Source: Candidatus Magasanikiibacteriota bacterium (GTDB lineage: Bacteria > Patescibacteriota > Patescibacteriia > Magasanikbacterales > GWA2-37-8). Taken from it: DNA of 64,000 bases. The stretch covers positions 8,011-72,010 of the forward strand of contig JAPLWQ010000005.1 of NCBI GenBank assembly GCA_026396515.1, in the 5' to 3' direction. Under the pieces are notes generated by a model. It did no database searches. It saw only the letters and a list, made by a program, of their open reading frames with translations, and was not told where the DNA came from. Numbering within the stretch: the first letter of the stretch is position 1; each line of letters begins with the position of its first letter. Both the position numbers and the translations under genes were made by a program. This document shows, piece after piece, positions 21,028 through 29,770 of the stretch.

Positions 21028-21708
21028 ATTTACAATACCGTAGCCAAGGAGTGGGATGCCAGCCGCGGTACGCCAACGCGTATCAAAATGAAGGTAATAA
21101 GACCCGTAAAAAAGGGAATGCGGGTTTTGGATTTAGGATGCGGTAACGGGCTAATGGCCGGAGCGATTATCGGTCGCGGAGGTCGATATATTGGAGTAGA
21201 TATCTCCGGTAAATTCATATCCTTATGCAAAAAGAAATACTCCTCATATATTAAAACAAATGAAGCGGAATTTGTGACAGCCGATGCTGTAAAGTTGCCG
21301 TTTAAAAATAATTATTTTGATTTCGCGGTTTCTATTGCAGTGATGCACCACATACCATCGGCTGAATTACGTTTGAAATTTTTGCAGGAATTACATCGTG
21401 TTCTAAAATCGGGGGCGGTTGCAAAATTGGATAATTGGAATTTGCTTGAAGATTGGGGAAGAAAAAAATTTAATATCAGCAGGCAATTGGCAAATCCGCC
21501 GGCGGGGTATGACAAGGGCGATGTTTTCGTTTCTTGGAAAGCTACCGGCAAAAAAGATTATCCCAGATTTATTCACATATTTTCCGACCGGGAATTGCGC
21601 TCACTTGCGCGTGATGCCGGATTCAAAAAAATAAAAATTGAATATTACAATCGGGCGGGAAAGAAATTAAAAAATGGCGAAGCGCAGATACTTACCATAA
21701 TGAAATAA
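20983..21708 (+). CDS. Class I SAM-dependent methyltransferase
   Basis: SAM-binding motif I (VLDLGCGNG) is present. The 241-aa ORF diverges from the Elp3-like gene. Confidence 0.7.
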   Translation: MDKRKAQEIVRQMRQIYNTVAKEWDASRGTPTRIKMKVIRPVKKGMRVLDLGCGNGLMAGAIIGRGGRYIGVDISGKFISLCKKKYSSYIKTNEAEFVTADAVKLPFKNNYFDFAVSIAVMHHIPSAELRLKFLQELHRVLKSGAVAKLDNWNLLEDWGRKKFNISRQLANPPAGYDKGDVFVSWKATGKKDYPRFIHIFSDRELRSLARDAGFKKIKIEYYNRAGKKLKNGEAQILTIMK

Positions 21709-21737
21709 AAAAGCCCGGCAGTTGCCGGGTTTTTTTA
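21709..21737. terminator. Bidirectional rho-independent terminator between the methyltransferase (+) and the glycosyltransferase (-)
   Basis: aaaaagcccggcagttgccgggttttttt. Confidence 0.6.
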
Positions 21738-21740
21738 TGT

Positions 21741-22895
21741 TTAAGCAATTTGAGGTTCCTCGCAAAGCAACGGTTCGTGCTTGCGATAAATATCAAGCGT
21801 TCGTCTGGCGATGTCCTCCCATTGATAATCGCGGATCACGGTTTCCTTGTTTTGGATGCCAGCCGAAGCAAGCAACTCCGGATTGGATACTAAGTCAATA
21901 ATTTTTTTAGCCAGCGTAAACACAGAAGCGTTAGCAGACCAGAAGCGTCCGTCGGTAATAACCTCCTGATGTTCCGGAATGTTGGAGACAAGAGCCGGGC
22001 GTCCATATGACATGGCTTGAAGCACGGTGATCGGCAGGCCTTCATTTTCCGAAGGGTGCACGAGCATTAAGCAATTTGCATATAACGCGTGCAGAGCGTC
22101 GCCGCTTTGCCAGTCGGTAAATATAATAGAGGTGTCGCCGTCAGCCATTTGTTTCAGGCGGCGGACATAATCATCGGTAAACGAACTGCCGCCGACAATG
22201 GCCAGTTTTATATTTCCAAGCAAATCCGGACGGTCGCGGCGGGCTTTTTGCCACGCCTCAATCAAATAGTGTGCGCCTTTATGTCGAACCAGGCGCGAAA
22301 CCATCAGAAGATAATTGCCGGTTTTAAGATCCCATTTACCAATCGGTTCATCACCCGGGTTTTCTTCAACATTAACACCGTTCGGGTTGAAGACCGTAGT
22401 ATGATGATATTCGTTTAAGCAGTAGCTTTGAATAGTCTTGGAAACTGCAATGGTCTGGTGCGGAAAAGCGCAGGCGGCGCGTTCGCCGAGAAGAAGCATC
22501 ATGCGCGCGAATACACCCCATTTTTGGTGATAACGGTCAATGCAGTGAAAAGTTGAAATCACACGAATCCTCGGCGCAAAAACGCGCGGAATCCAAGAAA
22601 GCAAAGACGGGCCAACGCCGTGATAATGAATCACATCCGGTTTTTGGCGGATGGCGTGAATAGTGGAAACAAAAGTGTGGATGATCGCATCCAAATGTTT
22701 GGTGCGAACCGTCGGGGTATGAATAATTTTAATCCCGCAATGTTCGGTAATTTTTTCCGGAGTAAACCAGCGGCGCGCATACAATAAAACCTCGTGACCG
22801 TTTTTCACAAGTTCTTTGGACAGCTCCTCCACGTGGCGTTCGATGCCGCCGTAGAGTGCCGGAGCGCCTTTTTGTCCGATCATTGCGATCTTCAT
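21741..22895 (-). CDS. GT4-family glycosyltransferase
   Basis: 384 aa with the EX7E-type motif ENEGLPITVLQAMSYGRPALVSN. Confidence 0.75.
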   Translation of the reverse strand: MKIAMIGQKGAPALYGGIERHVEELSKELVKNGHEVLLYARRWFTPEKITEHCGIKIIHTPTVRTKHLDAIIHTFVSTIHAIRQKPDVIHYHGVGPSLLSWIPRVFAPRIRVISTFHCIDRYHQKWGVFARMMLLLGERAACAFPHQTIAVSKTIQSYCLNEYHHTTVFNPNGVNVEENPGDEPIGKWDLKTGNYLLMVSRLVRHKGAHYLIEAWQKARRDRPDLLGNIKLAIVGGSSFTDDYVRRLKQMADGDTSIIFTDWQSGDALHALYANCLMLVHPSENEGLPITVLQAMSYGRPALVSNIPEHQEVITDGRFWSANASVFTLAKKIIDLVSNPELLASAGIQNKETVIRDYQWEDIARRTLDIYRKHEPLLCEEPQIA

Positions 22896-22906
22896 ATACT
22901 TTGATT

Positions 22907-23011
22907 ATGGCAATTGCTCTATATCGGCCGTGCTTTCATAATGCGTCTGAATTTTGCCCCGTAGCGCCCGCCACAGGCGATCTGCTACCAGGGTCATTGC
23001 AATCTTCATAG
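22907..23011 (-). other. 34-codon upstream ORF that duplicates the first codons of the glycosyltransferase (MKIAM...)
   Basis: The minus-strand string atgaagattgcaatgacc at 23011 mirrors the real start atgaagatcgcaatgatc at 22895. The uORF stops 13 nt before the real start. Confidence 0.35.
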
Positions 23012-23131
23012 ATTCAAGCCGTATTTTTTAGAACCGAGTAATATAGCACGTTTTGGCGCTTTTGTCAAGAGATGGTAATGGCTATTTTCAGCTAAAAAAT
23101 GGCATAAATTATTTGTCAGAATTAGCCATAT

Positions 23132-23998
23132 ATGATAATATATATGCGTTTTATGATAATTGACGGAAAAAAAATTGCCGATAAAATCAATTTGGCCACC
23201 GCGTTGATGGTCAAAAAAATCAAGAAAGACGGCTATGATCCGAAAATAGCTGTTTTTTTGGTAGGTCAGCGCCCGGAATCGGAAATATATGTCCGGCAAA
23301 AAGAAAAGCTGGCAATTAAATTGGGATTTGGTTTTGAGTTGAAACGCTTCCCCAAATCAATCAGACAAAATGATCTATCAAGGGCGATTCTCCGCGAACA
23401 CGCAAAAATGAACACTTCTGGCATTATTTTGCAGCTGCCTTTGCCTAAACACATCAATACCTATGCCATGTTGTCCTGTTTGTTGCCGGAAACAGATATC
23501 GACTGTTTGTCCGATATCAGTTTGGGCAGATTGATTTTGCAGAATAATTTAGTTGTGCCTCCAACGGCCGGAGCAATAATGGAAATTTTGAAAGATCAGA
23601 AGGTAAATTTAGGCGGAAAAAAAATCGTGGTGATCGGCTCGGGATTATTGGTGGGGAAACCGCTGGTGATGATTTTAATGAATGCAAAAGCGACCGTCAC
23701 AGTCTGTAATTCAGAAACAAAAAATTTGGCAAAAATTTGCGTCGATGCAGATATAATAATTTCCGGCGCCGGACAAAAAAAATTAATTACCGCGAAAATG
23801 GCAAAAAAGAGCGCCATTGTTATTGACGCCGGATTTTCTTTTATAAATGGAAAGGCGTTCGGCGACGCAGATGTTTCAGGTTTGCATAAAAAAGGGATAA
23901 AAGTGACTCCGACACCCGGCGGTGTGGGGCCAGTGACCGTGGCGTGCTTAATGCGTAATGCGGCCATTTGCGCCAAAAATAAATATCATAATAAATAA
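23132..23998 (+). CDS. folD: Bifunctional methylene-THF dehydrogenase/cyclohydrolase FolD. The true start is probably MIIDGKK near 23153
   Basis: The N-terminus reads IIDGKKIADKI...KIAVFLVGQRPESEIYVRQK and the C-terminus carries GGVGPVTVACLMRN. Confidence 0.9.
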   Translation: MIIYMRFMIIDGKKIADKINLATALMVKKIKKDGYDPKIAVFLVGQRPESEIYVRQKEKLAIKLGFGFELKRFPKSIRQNDLSRAILREHAKMNTSGIILQLPLPKHINTYAMLSCLLPETDIDCLSDISLGRLILQNNLVVPPTAGAIMEILKDQKVNLGGKKIVVIGSGLLVGKPLVMILMNAKATVTVCNSETKNLAKICVDADIIISGAGQKKLITAKMAKKSAIVIDAGFSFINGKAFGDADVSGLHKKGIKVTPTPGGVGPVTVACLMRNAAICAKNKYHNK

Positions 23999-24004
23999 TT
24001 TTTT

Positions 24005-24901
24005 ATGTGGCTTCTCGTCGGATTATGCGGTTATGCAGTAAATAGTGTTGTAAGCATTTTGGATAAGTATGTTTTAGATAAGGCCGTTGGAAAGCCGGCA
24101 GTCTTTACATTCCTTACCTGCATACCGGCGGCATTAGCACTTCTTCTTGTTCCGTGGTCCGGTTTTCTTGCCATGCAAACCGATTATTGGGTTGCCCTGT
24201 TGGCCGGCGTCGCCATGGTGCTTGGCTTATGGGCTTCATATATTGGAATCCAAAAAAGTGAGATTAGCCATATCGGACCGCTCATCGGAGCGACCGTGCC
24301 GGTATTTATTTTCTTATGGGGTCGGTTATTTCTTGGAGAGTATTATCAGCCGGTGCAGATAATGGCGATTATTTTTTTGGTTTGCGGGTCTCTGTTTATC
24401 GCCGGAGAAAAAAGTTCCGCGCATCAAGGGTTTCACTCCGGCATCGCTTGGGGCATCCTCGGCGGATTTTTGTGGTCAATATTCGGCGCGTCATCGAAGT
24501 ATCTATATGTACATAATGATTTTTTTAGCGGTTTTGTCTGGAGCCAGGGTATCGCCGGGCTGGTGGCAATGCTATTAATCTTTTTGCCGGCCGTCCGCCG
24601 CGCATTAAAAAAATCAAAAAATCCCGCGGAAAGCGTACGCGGGAAAAAATTGACCCTTGTCATTGTGGACAAAGTGCTCGGCGTGATTGGCCTGACGCTG
24701 GTTCAATATGCGGTTGCCCTCGGCAGCGCGACGCTGGTTTACGCCTTAGCCGGGGTGCAGTACGCGATACTGGTTATTGCAGTTGCCCTGCTAAGTAAAT
24801 TCCATTCCAAATTGTATCGTGAAACTTATGAAAAGGGTGAGTTAATTCAGGAAGTGCTGGCGGTAATATTTATCGCCGGCGGTCTTGCTTTGCTTGTATA
24901 A
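24005..24901 (+). CDS. Polytopic membrane protein, about 10 TM helices, DMT/EamA-like
   Basis: 298 aa, strongly hydrophobic with two similar halves. Confidence 0.45.
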   Translation: MWLLVGLCGYAVNSVVSILDKYVLDKAVGKPAVFTFLTCIPAALALLLVPWSGFLAMQTDYWVALLAGVAMVLGLWASYIGIQKSEISHIGPLIGATVPVFIFLWGRLFLGEYYQPVQIMAIIFLVCGSLFIAGEKSSAHQGFHSGIAWGILGGFLWSIFGASSKYLYVHNDFFSGFVWSQGIAGLVAMLLIFLPAVRRALKKSKNPAESVRGKKLTLVIVDKVLGVIGLTLVQYAVALGSATLVYALAGVQYAILVIAVALLSKFHSKLYRETYEKGELIQEVLAVIFIAGGLALLV

Positions 24902-24906
24902 AAAAT

Positions 24907-25908
24907 ATGCCACACAGGAAGAAAATAATTATGATTATCTCAACCGTTGTTTTGGCGCTTGTTATCGTGGTTTTTATTTGCCATTTCTTTTCCAGCAAGC
25001 GGAACCAAAATCAAATATACGGCGCCAGTTTTAATGCCGAGTATGCTACCTATCTTGAACTTGACCCGCTCACGGTATTCACTTCAATGATGGATGATTT
25101 AGGTTTTAAATTTTTGCGTATTTCAGCGCAGTGGGAAGAAATTGAAAAAACACCGGGTGTATATGATTTTTCATTTTTAAATAAATTGATGGATGAAGCG
25201 GCAAAGAGAGGGGTAAAAATAACATTGGTTGTCGGGCAAAAAATTCCGCGTTGGCCGGAATGCCACGCGCCGAAGTGGACCGTGAGTTTATCCGACAATG
25301 AATACCGCGCCGCCATTAAGCGTTTTATCATAACGACTGTTGATCAATATAGAGATCATCCGGCGTTGGAAATCTGGCAAGTGGAAAATGAACCGCTGTT
25401 AAAGTTCGGGGAGTGCCGTTTTTTTGAAAAAGATATGCTCGCCTCTGAAATAGATATTGTCAGGCAAAGCGATCCCGACCATAAAATAATGATTACCGAT
25501 AGCGGTGAGTTAAGCAGTTGGCGGGATACGGCGAAAGCAGGGGATTTGTTTGGCACAACTTTGTACCGCGTAGTTTGGCATAAGCGCTGGGGTTATTTTT
25601 CCTATGATTGGATCTCTCCGCTTTTTTATCGTGCAAAATTATGGCTGACGGGGCAGAGCAAGGAAAATGCTTTTATTTCCGAGCTTCAAGCTGAACCGTG
25701 GATTCCGGATCACGACGTAAAATTGTTGGCGCTCGATGAACAGTATAAATCTATGAGCTTGGCGCGGTTTGAAAAAAATGTAGTGTATTCACAGCGCGTT
25801 GGTTTTCCGCGCGCCTATTTATGGGGGGCGGAGTGGTGGTATTGGATAAAACAGGCAAAGGGCGTGTCCGGATTTTTTGATTTTGCGAAAACGCTGAAGA
25901 AAGAATGA
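24907..25908 (+). CDS. Membrane-anchored putative glycoside hydrolase (TIM-barrel, GH42/GH5-like)
   Basis: An N-terminal TM helix is followed by WEEIEKTPGVYDFSFLNKLMDEAAKRGVKITLVVG. Confidence 0.4.
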   Translation: MPHRKKIIMIISTVVLALVIVVFICHFFSSKRNQNQIYGASFNAEYATYLELDPLTVFTSMMDDLGFKFLRISAQWEEIEKTPGVYDFSFLNKLMDEAAKRGVKITLVVGQKIPRWPECHAPKWTVSLSDNEYRAAIKRFIITTVDQYRDHPALEIWQVENEPLLKFGECRFFEKDMLASEIDIVRQSDPDHKIMITDSGELSSWRDTAKAGDLFGTTLYRVVWHKRWGYFSYDWISPLFYRAKLWLTGQSKENAFISELQAEPWIPDHDVKLLALDEQYKSMSLARFEKNVVYSQRVGFPRAYLWGAEWWYWIKQAKGVSGFFDFAKTLKKE

Positions 25909-25919
25909 TGCTGAAAAGT

Positions 25920-26036
25920 TGAAAACGAATCGGATATTTGTCTTGGACACGGGTCTCCTCGCCTGTGGGCTCGTCACCCTAATGCTCATTCCGGCTATAA
26001 CGCCGGAATTCCGCGATTGTCCAAAACAAAAATCCG
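25920..26036. repeat. MITE-like hairpin element with 29-bp terminal inverted repeats
   Basis: gaaaacgaatcggatatttgtcttggaca (25920-25948) pairs with tgtccaaaacaaaaatccgattcgttttc (26008-26036), matching at 27 of 29 positions. Confidence 0.6.
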
Positions 26037-26093
26037 ATTCGTTTTCGTATTATTGACTATATAGGAATTAAGTGTTAGAATTGTCAAAATTTT

Positions 26094-26163
26094 GGGTGTT
26101 TAGCTCAGTTGGTTACCCGCCCGAACGACTGACGTCGTTCAGTCGGGCGGGGAGCGACTCGTT
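26094..26163 (+). repeat. Partial duplicate of the tRNA-Val 5' half (acceptor, D-arm and anticodon 5' stem) interrupted by a 36-nt hairpin
   Basis: gggtgtttagctcagttggtta, then a hairpin (cccgcccgaacgactgacgtcgttcagtcgggcggg), then gagcgactcgtt. The flanking strings are identical to nt 1-22 and 23-34 of the intact tRNA at 26405. Confidence 0.7.
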
Positions 26164-26171
26164 ATATACTT

Positions 26172-26414
26172 ATGGAATATTTCGTTTATATTTTAGAAGA
26201 TGAGAGTGGAAAGAAATACAAAGGCATGACAAATGATTTAAATAGACGTTTCCATGAACATCTTCGAGGCAAAACCAAAACAACGAAACGGATGAAGGAT
26301 TTAAGATTGGTCTATTCTGAAGAATTTAACACATTTGAGGAGGCGAGAAAGAGAGAATTATATTTTAAGACAGCCGCAGGTCGTAAATTCATAAAGAAGA
26401 CTTTGGGTGTTTAG
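26172..26414 (+). CDS. GIY-YIG nuclease-domain protein (YhbQ/COG2827-like)
   Basis: 80 aa, reading YFVYILEDESGKKYKGMTNDLNRRFHEH...RE. Its stop codon overlaps the 5' end of tRNA-Val by 10 nt. Confidence 0.75.
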   Translation: MEYFVYILEDESGKKYKGMTNDLNRRFHEHLRGKTKTTKRMKDLRLVYSEEFNTFEEARKRELYFKTAAGRKFIKKTLGV

Positions 26415-26478
26415 CTCAGTTGGTTAGAGCGACTCGTTTACACCGAGTAGGCCAGGGGTTCGAATCCCTTAACACCCA
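26405..26478 (+). tRNA. tRNA-Val (anticodon TAC)
   Basis: A manual cloverleaf fits: acceptor GGGTGTT/AACACCC, D-stem GCTC/GAGC, anticodon stem ACTCG/CGAGT with loop TTTACAC, and a T-loop TTCGAAT. Confidence 0.85.
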
Positions 26479-26480
26479 CA

Positions 26481-26608
26481 CGAGCGACTCTTTAGAGTCG
26501 CGACGGGATTCGAACGCCGGAGCGTTGCCGAGCGAGGCCGCGAGGCGGTGGCCAGCCCGAGGAGGCGGAAGCCGACAAGAGGCGAGGCCGAATCCCTTAA
26601 CACCCACA
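26481..26608. repeat. ~110-nt module homologous to the right end of the tRNA-Asp island, followed by a 20-nt duplicate of the tRNA-Val 3' end. It is an att-like scar or a miniature element
   Basis: The direct repeat cgaatcccttaacacccaca occurs at 26461-26480 and 26589-26608. The internal string gaacgccggagcg...ccgcgaggcggtggc matches 62697-62757. Confidence 0.6.
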
Positions 26609-28422
26609 TGTCTTCAAAGGAAAAAAAGCCGGCATTTAGTTGGCGTCTAATTACCGATACCGTTAAAAACGCGCGTCGCGTTTATACCGTTATCTGGCCC
26701 GAGAAAAAAATAAAAGTTATTGTCGGGTATTTTTGCGTTATCATCACATCATCAGGTGATTTTTTGAAATCAGGCGCCCTGGCTCTTTTGGTTAACGAGC
26801 TGACTGCGGGTGGCGACATAAATCGTTTAATATATTTGGTGGTGCTTGCGGTACTGGCCATTCTTATACCAGCATTACTGTTTCAAGTCGAAGAGTTTAA
26901 CAACAGCACATTGTACATGTATCTGGAAAAGAAATTCGATATACTGATTAATCAAAAAAAGTCTGTATTGGAAATCGCAGCGCACGAGGATCCGCCGTTG
27001 AGAGATTTGATCACCCGGGTGGTTGAAAACGGTATATGGCGCGTACAAAGTTTTGTTGACCGCTGGTTTTATGTGATACAAGCGTTTTCCGGATTAGTTA
27101 TTTCCGCTGTCGTATTGCTTATATTAAATTATTGGGTATTTATTATTGTTTTTGTTACGGCAATCCCACTATTGTTTGTTGAACTGCGCTACAGCCACAA
27201 TGTTTGGACGATTAACGCGGAGAATTCCCAGCGTCGCAGACGATATTGGGATGCGCGTAATTTATTGGACACGAAAGAAGCTGTTGCCGAATTGAAGATT
27301 TTTCAGAATGCCGGTTTTTTTCTGCGCATTATCGAGGATATACTGACTTCATGGCAGAAAGACCGTCTGATAAATGAAAGAAAACGGTTTGTCTGGCGTT
27401 TTTTTGCCGCATTGGCCGGATTGGTCGCGATTGCCGCTTCGCTCGCGATTTTTGTTAGAAGTGCAGTCATCGGCGATATACAGCCCGGTACTTTGATATT
27501 CGCCCTATCTTCCGTTTTTTCTTTTCAGAGCTCGGTATCCGGATTCTTTGGGTTTCTTTCCCGACAATATCAGGATTCGTTGTTTGTTACGGATGTTTTC
27601 AAATTTCTTGATATACCACAAGCGCTGCCAATGGCGGCAGCCGGCCGGCGTTTAGAGAAAAATTCAGTCCCGGAAATTGTTTTTGAAAACGTTTCGTTTA
27701 GTTATCCGCAAGCCCCGGCCAATATGGTGATTAGGAATTTTTCATTTACAATAAAACCCGGCGAGAAGCTCGCGATAATCGGCGTGAACGGCGCCGGTAA
27801 AACCACCTTGGTAAAACTGTTGTGCAGATTTTACGACCCGACGAAGGGCCGGATTCTTATTGACGGAGTTGATTTAAAAGAAATTGATCTGGACAGCTGG
27901 TATAATAAACTTGGTGCAATTTTTCAGGATTTTTCACGCTACTATTTTAAAGTCAAGGATTTAATTAGTTTGGGACGATCGGATATTAAGGCATCAAAAC
28001 AAAAAGTGGTGGCCGCCGCGGAAAAAAGCGAGTCGGATGATTTTATCCGTGATTGGACCATGGAGTATGAACAAATGCTCGGCAGTCATTATTCCGGCGG
28101 TATTGATCCTTCGGTCGGACAGTGGCAGAAGCTGGCATTGGCCCGCACCTTTTATCGCGATCCGGATGTTTTTATTCTTGATGAGCCAACTTCGTCTATA
28201 GATGCCGAGGCCGAAGAAAAAATATTTGAAAGATTGGGAAACGTGGCAGCGGGAAAAACTGTAATTTTGATTTCTCATCGGTTTTCCACCGTCCGCCGGG
28301 CGGATAAAATTATTGTGATTGAAAATGGGGTAATAGGCGAGTATGGTACGCACGAAGAGCTTTTGGCCAACAAAAAAACTTATGAACGGTTGTTCCGTTT
28401 ACAGGCAAAGGGATACCGATAG
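26608..28422 (+). CDS. Fused permease/ATPase ABC exporter (ABCB/MsbA-like)
   Basis: Six N-terminal TM helices precede Walker A (GVNGAGKTT) and Walker B (IFILDEPTSSID). The probable start ATG at 26608 lies directly after the tRNA-derived repeat; the track ORF begins at 26548 inside the repeat region. Confidence 0.8.
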   Translation: MSSKEKKPAFSWRLITDTVKNARRVYTVIWPEKKIKVIVGYFCVIITSSGDFLKSGALALLVNELTAGGDINRLIYLVVLAVLAILIPALLFQVEEFNNSTLYMYLEKKFDILINQKKSVLEIAAHEDPPLRDLITRVVENGIWRVQSFVDRWFYVIQAFSGLVISAVVLLILNYWVFIIVFVTAIPLLFVELRYSHNVWTINAENSQRRRRYWDARNLLDTKEAVAELKIFQNAGFFLRIIEDILTSWQKDRLINERKRFVWRFFAALAGLVAIAASLAIFVRSAVIGDIQPGTLIFALSSVFSFQSSVSGFFGFLSRQYQDSLFVTDVFKFLDIPQALPMAAAGRRLEKNSVPEIVFENVSFSYPQAPANMVIRNFSFTIKPGEKLAIIGVNGAGKTTLVKLLCRFYDPTKGRILIDGVDLKEIDLDSWYNKLGAIFQDFSRYYFKVKDLISLGRSDIKASKQKVVAAAEKSESDDFIRDWTMEYEQMLGSHYSGGIDPSVGQWQKLALARTFYRDPDVFILDEPTSSIDAEAEEKIFERLGNVAAGKTVILISHRFSTVRRADKIIVIENGVIGEYGTHEELLANKKTYERLFRLQAKGYR

Positions 28423-28551
28423 AATAGCCGGATGAAAAATTATCCTTCACGAGCGGTTAAATAGTTTCAGCGGAGATCACAGCCGGATTTTTAACGCCCC
28501 AAAAAGGGCGTTTTATGGTATAATAAAAATATAAATAATAACAATGTAATT

Positions 28552-29724
28552 ATGAGGCAACCTGAATTGCCCGTTGTTTTGCACGGAGGCGTGTTTAAAA
28601 AAACGGCCACAGTAAGCGAAGCGGTCTTCATTATTACCGGTATGACAATTGGCGCCGGTATTTTGGGCTTGCCGTATGTTATAGCCCGCTCAGGGCTCGC
28701 TTTAGGGCTCATATTAATCGCTCTGTGGGGTTTGGTAGTGCTTTTGCTCAATCTTATGCTTGGCGACATTGCCGTGCGTACCAGGCAGAATTTTCAGCTT
28801 CCTGGTTTTGCCGGTAAATACCTGGGAAAATGGGCAAAACACCTGCTTAGTGTGATCATAATATTCAGCGGTTTTGGCACCTTGCTTGCCTATATAATTG
28901 GCGAGGGACAGGCGCTTTCGGAAATATTTGGCGGCACGCCATTTTGGTGGAGTGTTTTCTTTTGGTCGCTGGGCAGTTTTTTTATCTGGCAAGGCCTGCA
29001 AACGGTAAAAACCATTGATCGTGTTTTGAGCTTAACAGTCATCGTTCTAATCGTGGCCTTATCAACGTTTTTATTGCCGAAAATAAATATTGAATATGTG
29101 CATTATTCAAATTTGGCAAACTTCTTTTTGCCGTTCGGCGTGATATTGTTTGCCATGCACGCCACTCCGGCTATTGCTGAAGCGCACGCGCTGTTGCCCG
29201 GTTCGGAAAAAAGATTTAAAAAAGCCATTATTATCGGCACGCTAATTCCTATCGCCGTGTATCTTTTGTTTGCTTTGGCAGTAGTCGGATATTTTGGCCT
29301 GTCAGTTACTGAAGTGGCAACCATCGGATTTGGCCGGGCATTTGGCCCGGGGTTTATTATTATGGCCAACGCGTTCGCGGTGCTGGCCATGGGAACATGT
29401 TTTATGGGTATGGGGTTGGCTTTAAAACAAACATTTGTTTGGGATCATAAACTGAATCCGTATCTCGCTGAATTTGCCGTAGTAGTTGTGCCGTTATTAT
29501 TATTTTTATTCGGTTTCAGAAGCTTTGTGGAAGTTTTGGATGTCGTCGGCGGTTTGTTTATCGGTCTGGAATCACTTCTTATCGTGCTGATATGTTATGT
29601 GGCGCGAAAAAAAGGAGACCTGGACGGGTCTCGCTATGCTTTTAAGAATTTTTGGCTGGCAGCCGTGCCGGTGTTGATATTTTTCTTGGTCGCCACGGTT
29701 TATTCAGTGACTAAGATTTTTTAG
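28552..29724 (+). CDS. Amino acid permease (aromatic/Trp-Tyr permease-like family)
   Basis: 390 aa with about 11 TM helices, including GMTIGAGILGLPYVIARSG. Confidence 0.6.
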   Translation: MRQPELPVVLHGGVFKKTATVSEAVFIITGMTIGAGILGLPYVIARSGLALGLILIALWGLVVLLLNLMLGDIAVRTRQNFQLPGFAGKYLGKWAKHLLSVIIIFSGFGTLLAYIIGEGQALSEIFGGTPFWWSVFFWSLGSFFIWQGLQTVKTIDRVLSLTVIVLIVALSTFLLPKINIEYVHYSNLANFFLPFGVILFAMHATPAIAEAHALLPGSEKRFKKAIIIGTLIPIAVYLLFALAVVGYFGLSVTEVATIGFGRAFGPGFIIMANAFAVLAMGTCFMGMGLALKQTFVWDHKLNPYLAEFAVVVVPLLLFLFGFRSFVEVLDVVGGLFIGLESLLIVLICYVARKKGDLDGSRYAFKNFWLAAVPVLIFFLVATVYSVTKIF

Positions 29725-29770
29725 TATAATTAAAAAATCGGCCCGCTTAGCGAGCCGATTTTTTTGTTTT

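Noticed and set aside
26094-26478. tRNA-Val with a group I intron encoding a GIY-YIG homing endonuclease
   Set aside because: The downstream tRNA copy (26405-26478) is complete and uninterrupted. The upstream segment is only a 5'-half duplicate with a hairpin in the D-loop position. That makes it an insertion or duplication, not an intron.
26479-26560. A second tRNA on the minus strand, read from the T-arm-like ccggcgttcgaatcccgtcg
   Set aside because: Only a degenerate T-arm-like segment is present. No acceptor stem or proper 7-nt anticodon loop can be built.
26420-26650. 76-aa ORF spanning tRNA-Val and the att-like repeat
   Set aside because: It overlaps an RNA gene and GC-rich repeat DNA, so it is a frame artefact.
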